Shown here piece after piece: positions 25,329 to 37,304 of a stretch of DNA of 64,000 nt. A program made the translations under genes and the position numbers. Source of the DNA: Callorhinchus milii (taxonomy: Eukaryota); the NCBI RefSeq assembly GCF_018977255.1, contig NW_024704761.1, forward strand, positions 2,294,001-2,358,000, read 5' to 3'. Positions within the stretch are counted from its first letter, which is position 1, and the number at the start of each line of letters is the position of its first letter. Under the pieces are notes generated by a model. That model was not told the origin of the DNA. It saw only the letters and a list, made by a program, of their open reading frames with translations, and searched no databases.

Positions 25329-27438
25329 TCAGTCCAGATCCACCCGTCGGTCCCGCTTGACAGACGAGTGTATTTTCTTCTGCCTGAGTCGCTCCCTTTG
25401 CATGTTCTCCACCCTGGAATCACCAGAATCTCAATCAGTATCATTAATGATTATTAATAAAGTGTGTAGTGTAGTGGAGTCCCGCGTTTGGTATCCATAA
25501 ACCGTGAATAGGTTTGCCTGAACCCGTGTAGGCGGCCGACCCCTTTCGCTGGTTCCCACATAAAGAAAGTCGGGTCAACGCCAACAACACTCTCTGTTTT
25601 TGCTGCCCCATCCCCCAAAGTTTAAAATCTTTCCTCACTTTTAAAGCCCTCAACGGGCTTTCTCCTCATTTCTAAAACCTTATCAACCCGACTTTTCCCT
25701 CTGCTCAGCAGGAACTGACCTACTTCACGTCCCCCGCCTCGCCTGTCCCACTATCGGTGATTGTGCTTTTTGCCCCAGCATCACCTCATTCGCCGCAGCT
25801 CTGCGTCCTCTTTGGAAGGTTGGGTGGGTTTCCGGCTGGCCTCCGCAACTATATCCCTGATCTTCTGCAGACAATCAGCGAGGTTCCTCATCTGGTACCT
25901 GCTGACCTCTGAGCTCACCCTCAGCTCCCCCGACCGGTTGATTCTGTTTTTTTGCTAAAGAAAGGAAATGGTTGTAAAGACAAAGATGCTTATATTTCAT
26001 GGCAAACTTGAATCATAGAATCCTACAGCACAGAAGGAGGCCATTCGGCCCATCGTGCTGTAGGAGCTACCAACTAGTCCCACTCCCTTGCTCTTACCCC
26101 CGTAACCCTGCAATTTTTTTTTAATTGTCAAGTAAATATTCAATTCCTTTTGAAAGTTATTATTAAATTTGCTTCCACCACTGTTTTGCACATTGTAAAA
26201 TCTTGTGTTTGGGATCCATAAAGTAACAGGGCTGACTCTTCACTCACAAGAAGTTGGTTGTTTATTTCTGTGCTGGGAGCTAAAATGGCCAAACTTTAGG
26301 TCAGGAGGCCGTTGCCTGCAGTACGTAGCAAAAGTGATGTTTGCGACGATATAATAACTTTTAGTGTGAAAAGCCGGTGATCAGCCCAGGTCAGCTGTGC
26401 CACGTCAGTGAATGGGATCCACAGTGTAAATGTAGCATTGACCAATCTCCCCAGGATCCTTTTCACTGGACATCAAACTTCTGTTGTTGCAATACCTTAC
26501 CTGGGAAATAATACTCTGCCGGACATCCTCAGGGATCCAGTCTGCAGTCGCTACATGAAACCTGACCATGGCCTTTGAGTTTACTGTTTAAGAAATAAAA
26601 CAAATTTCAGCCTGGCAGGAAAACCAGAAAAGCATTACGCTGTAAAATTGCAGAAACATTTGCCAAAAATTGCAGGGAAATTTGACAAATTTTACATTAT
26701 ATTGTGGGGAGTTGATTGGTGTTATTGAGTAGACAGTTGGCAGTAATGTGCGGAGCCCTGGGGTCGAGCAAACTGTACTTTTACAGCTTTTTAACAGAGG
26801 GTGTCTGTTTTAACAGATTCCACGGAAAAATTACGGCCACACTTTTCTCTTGGCCCAGATGATAACCCAGCCCGTACTGAACATTCTGAATGCAGCAGGC
26901 AGTTTGCAAACAGCAATGCCGCCCATCAACAACAACAACTTGGATTTATATAGCACCATCACGCCAGACGGCGTCTCACACAGCCATGAGCTCCCTACTT
27001 CGCACAGTGTAAACATTTTATCTGGCTCAGGGAGCAGGGAGGACAATTTGCGGAACATGGCTCAGTGGCAGGGGCGAGGCTGGACGTACAGAAGACACGA
27101 ATGAACAATTGTATTACCTTTGTTTACATTCTGACCACCTGGACCACTGCTTCTGCAGTATGTTACTGTCAGGCGATCTACAAAAGAAAGCACATGGTAA
27201 GGGAAGTCTTATCATCAGCCTCGCTGCACACATATCCCCTCAATGTAAAGCTGTGCACACACTGAGGCTGTCCAGAGGAACGCACAGGGGGCTTCATCCC
27301 ATTTATGTTAAGGCTAGTTTAGATACTGAATAACTTCCTTGTTTAAAGATCTATCTCTGCACAAATGATTGCGGGAGGGGGGGGGCCATACATACCGACA
27401 GGAACGTCTGTGCCTCGATCATTCTTTTGAGATTCTGT
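25329..27438 (-). CDS. MRPL58: Mitochondrial peptidyl-tRNA hydrolase ICT1/mL62, exons 2-6
   Basis: Exons 27438-27396, 27177-27118 ([22 protein letters not shown] motif), 26583-26501 ([18 protein letters not shown]), 25954-25785 ([26 protein letters not shown]), 25413-25329 (..[22 protein letters not shown]). Confidence 0.95.
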
Positions 27439-27913
27439 CTGTGAATTTGAAAGAGATGCCATGTTAACTAGGAACGGTTCTGAACACCCACACTAAACTC
27501 TGTATCCCGATCCCACCAGTCCTTGCCAGGCTCCACTGGCTCCCTTTCACCGAACGGATCAATTTCAAGAGCCTCACTCCCCGACCCCACTATCCGTTGC
27601 CTCCACTTGACCTGCTCTGGGACGCTATTCTGTGTTAGGGGCGCTATATAAATGCAAGGTCGTTGTTCAGGTGGATGTTAAAGATCCCACTGCGCTATTC
27701 AAAATGAGTTTCTCTCTCCTGGTATCCCGGCCAGTATTCAATCCCCCAGATAAAACTGGGTCACTAATTTAGTTGCTATTTGTGGGTTCACAAATTCCAG
27801 GCAGAGGGCGAAACCTTGGGAAAGTTTCCTTACTCCACACAGAGCCTAATAATAATCCCTCCAAAACAAAACAACAATAAATTGGTCATTTTCAATCTAC
27901 GACTGTTTGTGGG

Positions 27914-27938
27914 NNNNNNNNNNNNNNNNNNNNNNNNN
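27914..27938. other. Assembly gap (25 N)
   Basis: Run of exactly 25 N, which looks like a placeholder size. Confidence 0.99.
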
Positions 27939-28606
27939 AGCTCCCCTCTCGACTCTCTACCCCCTCCTCGCTCCCTCCCTTCCCTCCCCTCACCCTGACC
28001 ATCTCCCCCCCTGCTCGGGTCCTGACCCAACTGTCCAGCGCCTTGGGACGTCCTCCCGACGTGAAAGGCGCTCTATAAATGCAATCTTGTTGTTGCCGTC
28101 AACACTTCACCATTGCCTTGGGACGTCATCCTGACGTGACAGGAGCTACACAAATGTAATTTTGTATTGTACTTCATCCGCTCGCCTCCCCTTCGTGAAT
28201 GAGGTCTTTTGAGTGCGAGTGTGGGGAAAGTGTCCCGCCATCATCTGATCATGGTCCACTCCACCAGGTGTCACTAGAGGGTGAGACTTGTTTCTCTTCT
28301 GTAGCCTCAGGAAGGCGTTCCCTACCATTTCCCCTTTCGTGAGATCAGTTCCTTTAGCAACAGTGCCACAGGTACTCTCACCACCGAGCCAGGAGGATGT
28401 GGGTTCAAGCCCCACATGGGGGGGGGGGGGGAGTTGAGTTAGAACCCTGTACAGTGTATGCTGACTGTGCAGTGGGCGCCATGTTGGTAAGGACCCAGGG
28501 GGAGGGGGGGCGCCATATTGGTGAGGGCCGGGGAGTGGGAGTCGCCATGTTGGTGAGGGCGGTGGCGGGTCGCCATGTTGGTGAGGGCCGGGCCGGGCCG
28601 GGCGTC

Positions 28607-28750
28607 ATGTTGCGGAGCGCGGCCCGGTGGTTGAGCGCCGGGGCTCGGGGCCTCGGGCTGACGGCCGGGCGTTCGCACGGCGGGTACCGCAGCGTGTACA
28701 GCCTGGACCGCCTGTACCCGAAGAGTGGGGGGGAGAGCGCATTTCGAGAG
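28607..28750 (+). CDS. MRPL58: MRPL58 exon 1 (mitochondrial presequence), inverted relative to exons 2-6
   Basis: MLRSAARWLSAGARGLGLTAGRSHGGYRSVYSLDRLYPKSGGESAFRE|GTGCGC; YRSVYSLDRLYP resembles the ICT1 motif FKSIYSLDKLYP; phase-0 donor fits the phase-0 acceptor at 27438; CpG island. Confidence 0.88.
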
Positions 28751-29576
28751 GTGCGCGACCGGAGCCCGGGCCTTGCGTCACCTTCTCCGGCAGCCGCGGA
28801 GGCTCGGTTTTGGGGCCGACACTTGAGCGCCGGGAGTCGGGCACAGGCCGCGGGGCAGCGTGACTGACACTCGCGTTGCCCCCCCCCCGACCCCCTCCTC
28901 CACAAGATCCTGGGGTTCTCGGACAACGACAACAGCTTGTATTTATATAGCGCCCCCTCAGGCAGGGCAGGGCAGGGAAGCGCCCCAGAGCGCCTCTAAC
29001 ACCTGGGTGGGCTCTGGCCAACTCGAACCCCCAGTCCTCTCCCTCTATTCCAGGTGATGGACATCCAACCATCACGGTCGTTCGGTCAGAAGCCGCTCAG
29101 GATCGGCCCGAGATGAACGTCCGGTGCCGACCCGGTCCGGTCCGGAGACGCTTAATAATAATCACCGTCGTAATAGTCTTATGGTGAAGCGCCCTGGGGC
29201 GCTCCGCTGGGCGAGGGGCGCCACGTCCACGCGAGTTGTTGCCGGCTTCCCGTTCGGTACCGCGCCTTATCACGTCGTCGAGGCGCCTCAAAGGCGCTTC
29301 GCAAGGTGTGCGAGCAAAGTGATGTGTTTGCATCACTCCGGGACCCCCACCCCGTGCGAAGGGCACGATCTCAACGCAAGTTGCTGTTGCTGCTGAGCGT
29401 ACTGTACTTCTGGCGGCCAATTTGCATACAGCAATAATAATAATAATAATCCTTGCATTTGATATAGCGCTTTTCACGTCGGGAGGACGTCCCAAAGCGC
29501 TTCACAGAACACACTGTAAAGTGAATTGACTGTATATTTGTGGGCGAACGCGGCAGCCAATTGCGCACAGCAATGT

Positions 29577-29915
29577 GGGCAGGACTGGCAGGACTGGTAG
29601 GCGAGGGCAGGCAGCGCAGGGAGGGAGGGGAGGGGCTGCAGGGGAGGGAGGGCAGGGCTGGCAGAGGGAGGTCAGGGCAGGCAGGGAGGGAGGGCAGGGC
29701 AGGGCTGGCAGGGGAGGGGAGGGCAGGGCTGGCAGGGGAGGGGAGGGCAGGGCTGGCAGGGGAGGGGAGGGCTGGCAGGGGAGGGGAGGGCAGGGCTGGC
29801 AGGGAGAGGGAGGGCTGCAGGGAGGGAGGGCTGGCAGGGAGGGGAGGGCAGGGAGGCGGAAGGCGCAGGAGGGCTGGCAGGGGAGGGGAGGGCGAGCAGG
29901 ACAGGACAGGGCGGA
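29577..29915. repeat. Purine-rich tandem repeat (GGGCAGGGCTGGCAGGGGAGGGGA)n
   Basis: Seen directly; begins exactly at the inferred right inversion breakpoint. Confidence 0.85.
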
Positions 29916-30134
29916 ATGCGAGGAATCTTTGGCACAGGTAAAAGCGTAAACAGCCATAAATCAGCCACTCATTCCCATGGCATCAAAGCCACTGTTCCCC
30001 CAAACAAGAAGGAATGTAACCCTTTCAGGCTCGTCAGCCCACTGCATAATAATAATAATAATAATAATAATCATCATCATCATCATCACGAAGGTGATAA
30101 TCCACGCATTTGATACAGCATCTTCCAGACTTCA

Positions 30135-30680
30135 TCAACAACAACAACAACATTGCATTTATAGAGCGCCTTTCACATCGGGAGGACGTCCCAAGGCACT
30201 GGACAGTTGGGTCGGGACCCGAGCCTTGGGGGGAGATGGTCAGGGGGAGGGGAGGGAAGGGAGGGGGCAGGGAGGGGGGAGATGGTCAGGGTGAGGGGAG
30301 GGAAGGGAGGGAGCGAGGAGGGGGGGTGGTCAGGGTGAGGGAGGGAAGGGAGGGAGCGAGGAGGGGGGAGATGGTCAGGGTGAGGGGAGCGAAGGGAGGG
30401 AGCGAGGAGATGGTCAGGGTGAGGGGAGGGAAGGGAGGGAGCGAGGAGGGGGTAGAGAGTCGAGAGTGGAGCTGAAGGCTGAAGGTCAAAGAGAAAGGTC
30501 TTGAGACCGGCCTTGAAGGAGGAAAGGGAGGAAGCGGCGAAGGCACTGGGGATGGACATCCAGAGCCTCGGGGCTGAGAGGCTGAAGGCCACCGATAGTA
30601 GGGCGGTTGGGGCGGGGGATGTGGAGCAGACCGGAGCCAGAGGAACGGAGGGTACGGGCAGGTAAGTTGGGGGAATCAAA
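30135..30680 (-). mobile_element. L2-clade LINE 3' fragment with an expanded internal tandem repeat
   Basis: Encodes FSLSAPRLW..SFKAGLKTFLF (L2 ORF2 C-terminus), then 3' UTR and (TTG)n tail; near-identical inverted partner at 27939-28095. Confidence 0.8.
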
Positions 30681-31447
30681 CACCTTCGGGGTATGTACTG
30701 CAGAGTCCGGCGACTGCATGTGTTGCGGGCGAAACCGTCCCCGCGCACGGCCGCGGATCGAGTGACCGGATTATTATTTTGGGTTTATGTTTTTTTTTGA
30801 AGGGGCTTTGTTACCGCCCGGAAAAGCGATCCGTCGATCAATCAACAACCGGCTCCTGCTTACTGTTAGGTAAATGGAGGCGGGCGGAAGGGAAAACTGG
30901 CCTAAGGTTACGCCCTTCCCCGGGGGAATCGAACCCGGGTCCTCTCGCTTCCTAACCACTAACGCTCAGGACACTTAGTGACTGACTAAGTCTCTCAGTG
31001 ACTCAGTCTCTCAGTGACTGTAAGCCGCTCCACACTCAATTTCTGGTTCGCACAAATATTGCCTGAGAGAATAATCCTCGCATTTAATGCAGCGCCTTAT
31101 CGGGTCTCCGAGACGTCTCAAAGCGCATCACAGGACACACTGTAAAGTGGAGTGACTGCCTGTTTTGTTCGCCGTACGGGTGAAAGGTGACAAAAAGGTA
31201 TTACCAGCGAATTCCGAGCTTTGACTGTGTGTGTCCAGAGTGACGTCGGTCACTGGTGCCCAGTGTTCGGGGGGAACGAGTCACAGCTGTTGTTTGGAGG
31301 GAGACTACCGGGGACCAATCCCTGTAGTGGATGCTTCTCTCACAGATAAATCCCAGGCACAAAAGATGCTGTTCTGAAGCAGGATTTAGACACCATTCTG
31401 TGGGGATTGGCCTTAGAGCTGCCTTGGGCTGGCAGCCCGCAGTGGAG

Positions 31448-34400
31448 ATGGCTGCCGCCAGGGTCAGGGACCAGTCTAGATGCTTCCTATGCGGAACCGC
31501 AATGGAAATCCGGTCCGTGATTACGTCAACGCTGGGAGAGGACAGCGAGCTGTGTCCTGACTGTGGTCTGCCCCTCCTGTGTGCAGTCACGGCGGAGGTG
31601 GAGCGACCAGAACGCTCAGGCGTCCAGCCCGGGGCGAGTGTGTCCCAGAGTTCTGCCATGTGTCCCGTTAACAGCCACTGGGATGTGGCCGGTGATGAGA
31701 AGCCCTGGAGGACAACTGGCTGGCCACGCACAAGGGAGGACGCCGATTGTTTGAGGAGCTTTGACAGGCAGCCTCGTCAGACGCCAGGTTTTCCTGCCGC
31801 TGACCTGGCCAGAGATGGCTTCTCCTCCGCGGGCTTCGGCGACGAAGCTCAGAGGTGCGGGTGTGGGGACGGTTTGAGGACCCGGAGACCAGGTGACCGG
31901 CTGACGTCAGAGCGTTGGAGGCTTTTCCCCGCCGGCGTGTCTGTCTCCCACAAGCAGAGAGCCGGGAGCATTCCCCCCCGCGGCCCCGACACCGTGGACG
32001 GGCAGCTGCTGAGCCAGCTGCAGAGGTTGGGCCTGGAGGAGCTGCCCGTCGACCGGGCCAACAACCCCGCCATGGGGACGGAGGAGGCCAGGCTGAGCAC
32101 CTTCCAGAACTGGCCAAACGTGGCAGCTGTTGAGCCCCGAACGTTGGCGAGAGCTGGTTTCTTTTACACAGGTACACCTTCCCATCGCGGCGTCCCACAC
32201 CGTACCCCCGCATTCCCCCAACTCTGACCCACGTCCCCAGCCATCTCCAGCGCAGTCGCTTACATTTGACGAAAAGCAGACACATTCATACATTCATTGC
32301 TCCATCTTCACATGTCCACTCCCTCCTACTCCAGCCCTCGCACCCCCCCCCCCCACTCCCCTTCTCCCTCGCCCCCCCCGCTCCCTCACTCCCCCTTTCC
32401 CTCACCCTCCACACTCCACCTCTCCCACGCCGGCCCCCCCCCACCCCACTCCCCCAGCCCCAAATGCCCCTCCCTCCTCTCCCCCACCATCACGGGAAAG
32501 CGCACATTTGCTGAGGTGCAGCTGTAGCCACCCCAGCACCCAGCAATCACACTGCGCTGCCCCTCACGGGGTCGGGGGTGGGGGGTGGGCTGAGCTGCCT
32601 CGCCATGTCTGGGATGCTGTCATTTGCTGAGTCCTGTGACACCCATGTTGTGGGAATCTCTGAGCTCGAGATAAACTCAGTGGAATCAGATGGAACCTAT
32701 GAAAAGCAAATGAGTGCTGCTCGTGAGCAGCGAACCTTCTGCCCTTTGTCTCTGTGAATTGCTGACAGGCAGCGGCTGGCGGAGCCTGAATAGAAAGTGT
32801 TTAGAGCAGAAAATGTGGGTTGGACACACAGCCACAATCAGCCCCGGCCTCAGATTCCCCACCACACGCACAGCTACCCCAACACAACAGCTTGCATTTA
32901 TATAGCGCTGTTTACACGGGGTAGGGTCTTGTAACTAAGAATTGATTCGGGAGTTTGTACATCTCTAACACAGGCCAGGGCAGTGTGTACTCCCCTTTCA
33001 GGCCTCTCGCTCTCTCTCTGCCTCAACATTGTATTATCAAACACAGGAGGCTGAGCAGGAGACATTGCTAAATCAACTGATTTAGATCCCAGACATTGTA
33101 CTGCGTGCAACGAGTCGCTGGGCGGTGAGGTTTGGCATCATCTGCCGGGAAAAACATAAATGTGACTGAAACCATCTCTGTGCACAGGACACCGGGACAA
33201 TGTCAAATGCTTCTACTGTGACGGTGGATTACGCAACTGGGAATCGGGGGACGATCCTTGGATGGAGCATGCAAAATGGTTCCCACGGTACTAACAGTAT
33301 TGCCTGCTCCCCCTCCCCAACCCCGCTTGCCCCCCCCCGCGCTTGTCCTGCTCCCCGCCTCTCCCCCCGCCCTGCCCTCTCCCCCCGCCCCACGCCCAAG
33401 TCCTAGCCCCTGACTGTTCAGCGCCTTGACGTGAAAGGCGCTTTACAAATGTAATGTATTGTATGTGTTGTCTTCCTGCTGTATCGCTCACTGGTGCCTT
33501 GGGTTTGCAGGTGTGACTACCTGCTGCAGGCGAGAGGCAGCGAGTATGTGTGCAGTGTGCAGCAGCTACACGCCGACATCCTGCAGTCAGTGGTGAGTGG
33601 AATGTTCTGGAATGTTGCCTGCTGTGTTCTGGCGGTTGCTGTGTTGCGGAGCTGACACGTGCCTTTGTACAGTTTCAGGGCCGCTTGCAGATCCAGTCGC
33701 AGAGACCTTCCACACAAGGTTTGCTCTCAATGTTCCGTTTTATGTCTACCAACACCCAGTGTTTACAACCGCCACATTCAGACCATCACGTCTCTGTTGC
33801 AGGAGTCAGTCTAATAGCACGCACGCACTCACTCACTCACTCACTCACTCTTTGCCCATCCTTCAACAGTCACCCCAACTGGGCTGTGATCTTAACGGCT
33901 CTAATGTGTGATGGTCTGGCGGGCCAGGCTGGGAGATACAAGCTATTTTCCAGAGAGACTCATGCATGATTGGAGAAGTTCCAGGTGGGGCATTGCCTCA
34001 CTTACATAAGAACATAAGAAATGCGAGACCAACAAAAGACCAAGGTCCACCGAGTTCACCATCGCTTACCAATAAGAATTAATTCCGGGGCTGGGGCTGT
34101 GCTCGGGCGTGGCCGTGCAGGGGCGGGGCTATTCTTGGGGGTGCGTGACCGTGCACACAGGGAGAATTGATCTTCCTGTGCTGTGAGCCAGTGCAGACTC
34201 GATGGGCTGAATGGCCTCTTTCCACACTATAAATTTCAGTTTCCCTGCTCCTCTCCAGACTGTGGAGTCGATACTTTATCCGTTCACTTCTTGCACAGAC
34301 GGTGAATGAGGACTTGGCCGAAGCACACCTCAAGGCACCAGGAAAGTGGGAGACGAACAGTGTCGGCAGATTGTTGTTTCGCTCACCTCTTTCTCGCTGG

Positions 34401-35851
34401 TGGAAACACTTTGAGAAGAGAGTGAGAGAACGAAACAGGAAAGAGGGTCAGGTGTTACATAAAACACTTACATAAAACTGTCTCTTTCCAGAGGCAGTTG
34501 GTAATCAGGAGCTGGATCCTCGCATGCAATCTGCTGTGGTGCAGAGTGCTCTGCAGATGGGGTTTGACCACAGTTTGGTAGAGAGTTTGGTTGATAGCAA
34601 GTATCTGCTGACTGGGTCACAGTACATCTCCATCACTGACCTTCTGTCTGATCTGTTAGGAGCTGAAGAGGAAGAAAGAGAGAGGAGGGAGGAGACCAGA
34701 GGTAAAAAAAAACAAATCATTTTTTGAGTTTTATTTTTGAATTGTTTTTACTACATTAAGGTGTTTTCTGGATGAGCCAAGCATTTTAATATTTAGGTAG
34801 CAGCCTGGCTCAGTTGTAGCGTTCTTATCCCTGAGTCAGAAAGTTGTTGTGGGTTCAAGCCCCATCTTGGGATTTCAAATTTGAATTCACTTTACAGTCT
34901 ATTCTGTGAAGCGCTTTGAGACGTCGAGAAGATGTGAAAAGCGCTATATCAAATGCAAGGATTATTATTATTATTATTGAATTACACCGTGTAAGATGGT
35001 GCTCCTCTGCAGTGCTGTGGGTGTGCAGCATTGTTGGAGGGGCCGTCCTTCAGATGAGGGTTTCTCCCCTGTCCTGGCCAACAACCCCCCAAGTGAAATT
35101 GGTTATTCACCAATTGGCTGTTTGTGGGACACTGCTGTGCGCAACTGGCTCCCGTGTTTTACCCACAAAATACACAGTCAAAAAACTTTACAGTATATCC
35201 TGAGACGACACGATGATGTGATAAGGCTCTTTATCAAAATGCAACAGTTATGATTATATATAGAACAAATGTAAAATATAAGAAGTCGACTGGCTGGGGT
35301 TTGGGGCACATCCCCTGATGCTTTTCAATTGTTTTCCAGGTGTCGTTCAGAGGCCAAGCGAATCAGCCCAAACTGGAGCAGAGCGGAGAGAGACGACCCC
35401 CACACAGAGAGGTGATCAGAGCATTGAGCACACGAGAAAGAGTCTTCTTAGTCATCATCAGTTACATTGTGGGTTGACCAAAGACTAAATCCTTCTATTT
35501 GATACACATTGTCACCATGTACCCAAAGGCTTCATAAGAGTTCAAAGAGTATTGGAGGTGAACAGGGTGAGGGCTTCCAGCCTACATTGAATGAAAGAAT
35601 ACACCAGCGTCAGAGGCCATTCAGACTGGATTAATACTCGGTCTTTTTTCTTCCTAGGTCTGAGTGCTGAAGAACAACTGCGTCGGCTGAAGGAAGAACG
35701 GACCTGTAAAGTGTGCATGGACAAGGAGGTTTCCATTGTCTTCATACCTTGTGGACATCTGGTTGTGTGCGGAGACTGTGCTCCTAACCTCAGGAGGTGC
35801 CCTATATGTCGAGCTCTCATTCGAGGCAGTGTTCGAGCCTTCATGTCCTAA
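31448..35851 (+). CDS. BIRC7: BIRC7 (Livin/ML-IAP)-like inhibitor of apoptosis: degenerate BIR + intact BIR + UBA-like + RING
   Basis: Exon 1 to 32171 ([22 protein letters not shown]), 33188-33287 ([30 protein letters not shown]), 33511-33592 (CDYL..), 34259-34301, 34492-34701 ([16 protein letters not shown]), 35340-35411, 35658-35851 ([49 protein letters not shown]). No CARD. Start codon uncertain (in-frame ATGs ~31448, ~31502, ~31658). AATAAA ~36443. The IAP call is firm; orthology to BIRC7 is less so. Confidence 0.8.
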
Positions 35852-37304
35852 CTCTGTAACTCGCTCTACTGTAAATTCTGAAGTTCCTAGTTTGAAAGCA
35901 GACCATTCTGTCCCTTTGGAGGGTGGGTGGTGTGTATTGCAATATATTGATGCCCCAAGGAGTAGTGACATTGATTATCCACTCACTTCACTTCTCAATC
36001 TCTACTGCATCATTGTGGGGAACAGCCCAAACACTTCCCAGTCAAACCATCTACAAAAACAAGGGAGCTTTGGGCCTGGACTATTCTCAAGCACTTCCTC
36101 AGAGTGACCTGGCTTCAGAGCAGCTTCGGTCCTTTTGGCTTGAGATGGTTAGTGACTCAGAGAGAAAATGAACAGAGTTTGAACTTTGCTATTTGTTCTG
36201 AATCTGTAGCTCATTGTGTCACACCTGCCTTGTTTCCTGGATGATGGTGGCACTGTTTTGTGACCACATGGTTCTGCCTGCATTTAAGTTCTGTCGGAAG
36301 GAGGGAATTGCTATTTACCAGCGTGTTATAGAGAGCAACGTTTTCGGCGCCAGCTACTCAGCGGGCCTGGAGACGGCCGAAGAGTGGAGCCATTTATACA
36401 ATAAAGCCTTAGACTCGGTTTCTCTGTGAAATAACTGCCCGCAATAAACCGTTCAGTAATTACAGTCTTACGATCTGTCACTTTTCCTACCATTGATTCT
36501 GCCCGCTTGTCAGACATTAAAACCTGGATGAATGCCAACTTCCTCCAGTTGAATATGGATAATCCAGAAGCCATCCTCCTTAGCCTTGTCAATGTCTTGT
36601 CACTCGTGGGTCCGACCCCCTTAACCTCCCTGGCCTCAGACTTACTGAACCTCAGCTGTCCTTCCTAGCTCACACTGGTCCCTTCATTTGCCTCAATGCC
36701 CCACCGTTTTCTTCTCCTCCGCCACCTGGCCCACCTCCGACCATACTTCACATGTGTCCGGATCACCCCAATCCTTGCCAGGTTCTACTGGCTCCCTGTA
36801 GCATAGCAGATCGATTCTCACAGTCATCTGCAAAACACTTCATGCCGTAGCACCTCCTTACATTTCTAATCTGCTCTGACCCCCACACACCTTGTCCCCA
36901 CACCCTTCACTCAGCCAGCTCTGGACATCTGCATGTCCTTCAAGCCCTTCGCTCCACAATCGGCGGCTGTGCTTTCAGCCTCAAAGCTCTTTAATTGCTT
37001 CTTCACTAAAATCTAATCACTTTTGAATATGCAGTTACTGATACGCAGTTTCCACTATCTCTCTGAGCGGTCATAGAAACAGCAGGAGGTCATTCAGCTC
37101 CTCAAGCCTGTTCCGCCATTCTGTAGGATCATGGTTGATCTGTACCTCAAGTCCAATTACCTGACCTTGACCCTGACCTAACAAATAGGTCAGAGTATTA
37201 AGGGATACATCTCTTTCACATGTTCACCATGTCCTGATTAGTTTCCCCTTCTGGCCCTAAATCTCTTTTGTAGAGCTTTGTGGTTATGCCAAACCTATTT
37301 GCAT

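Noticed and set aside
29577-30460. Regularly spaced repeats resembling a CRISPR array
   Set aside because: Vertebrate context, degenerate tandem units without unique spacers, and no cas genes.
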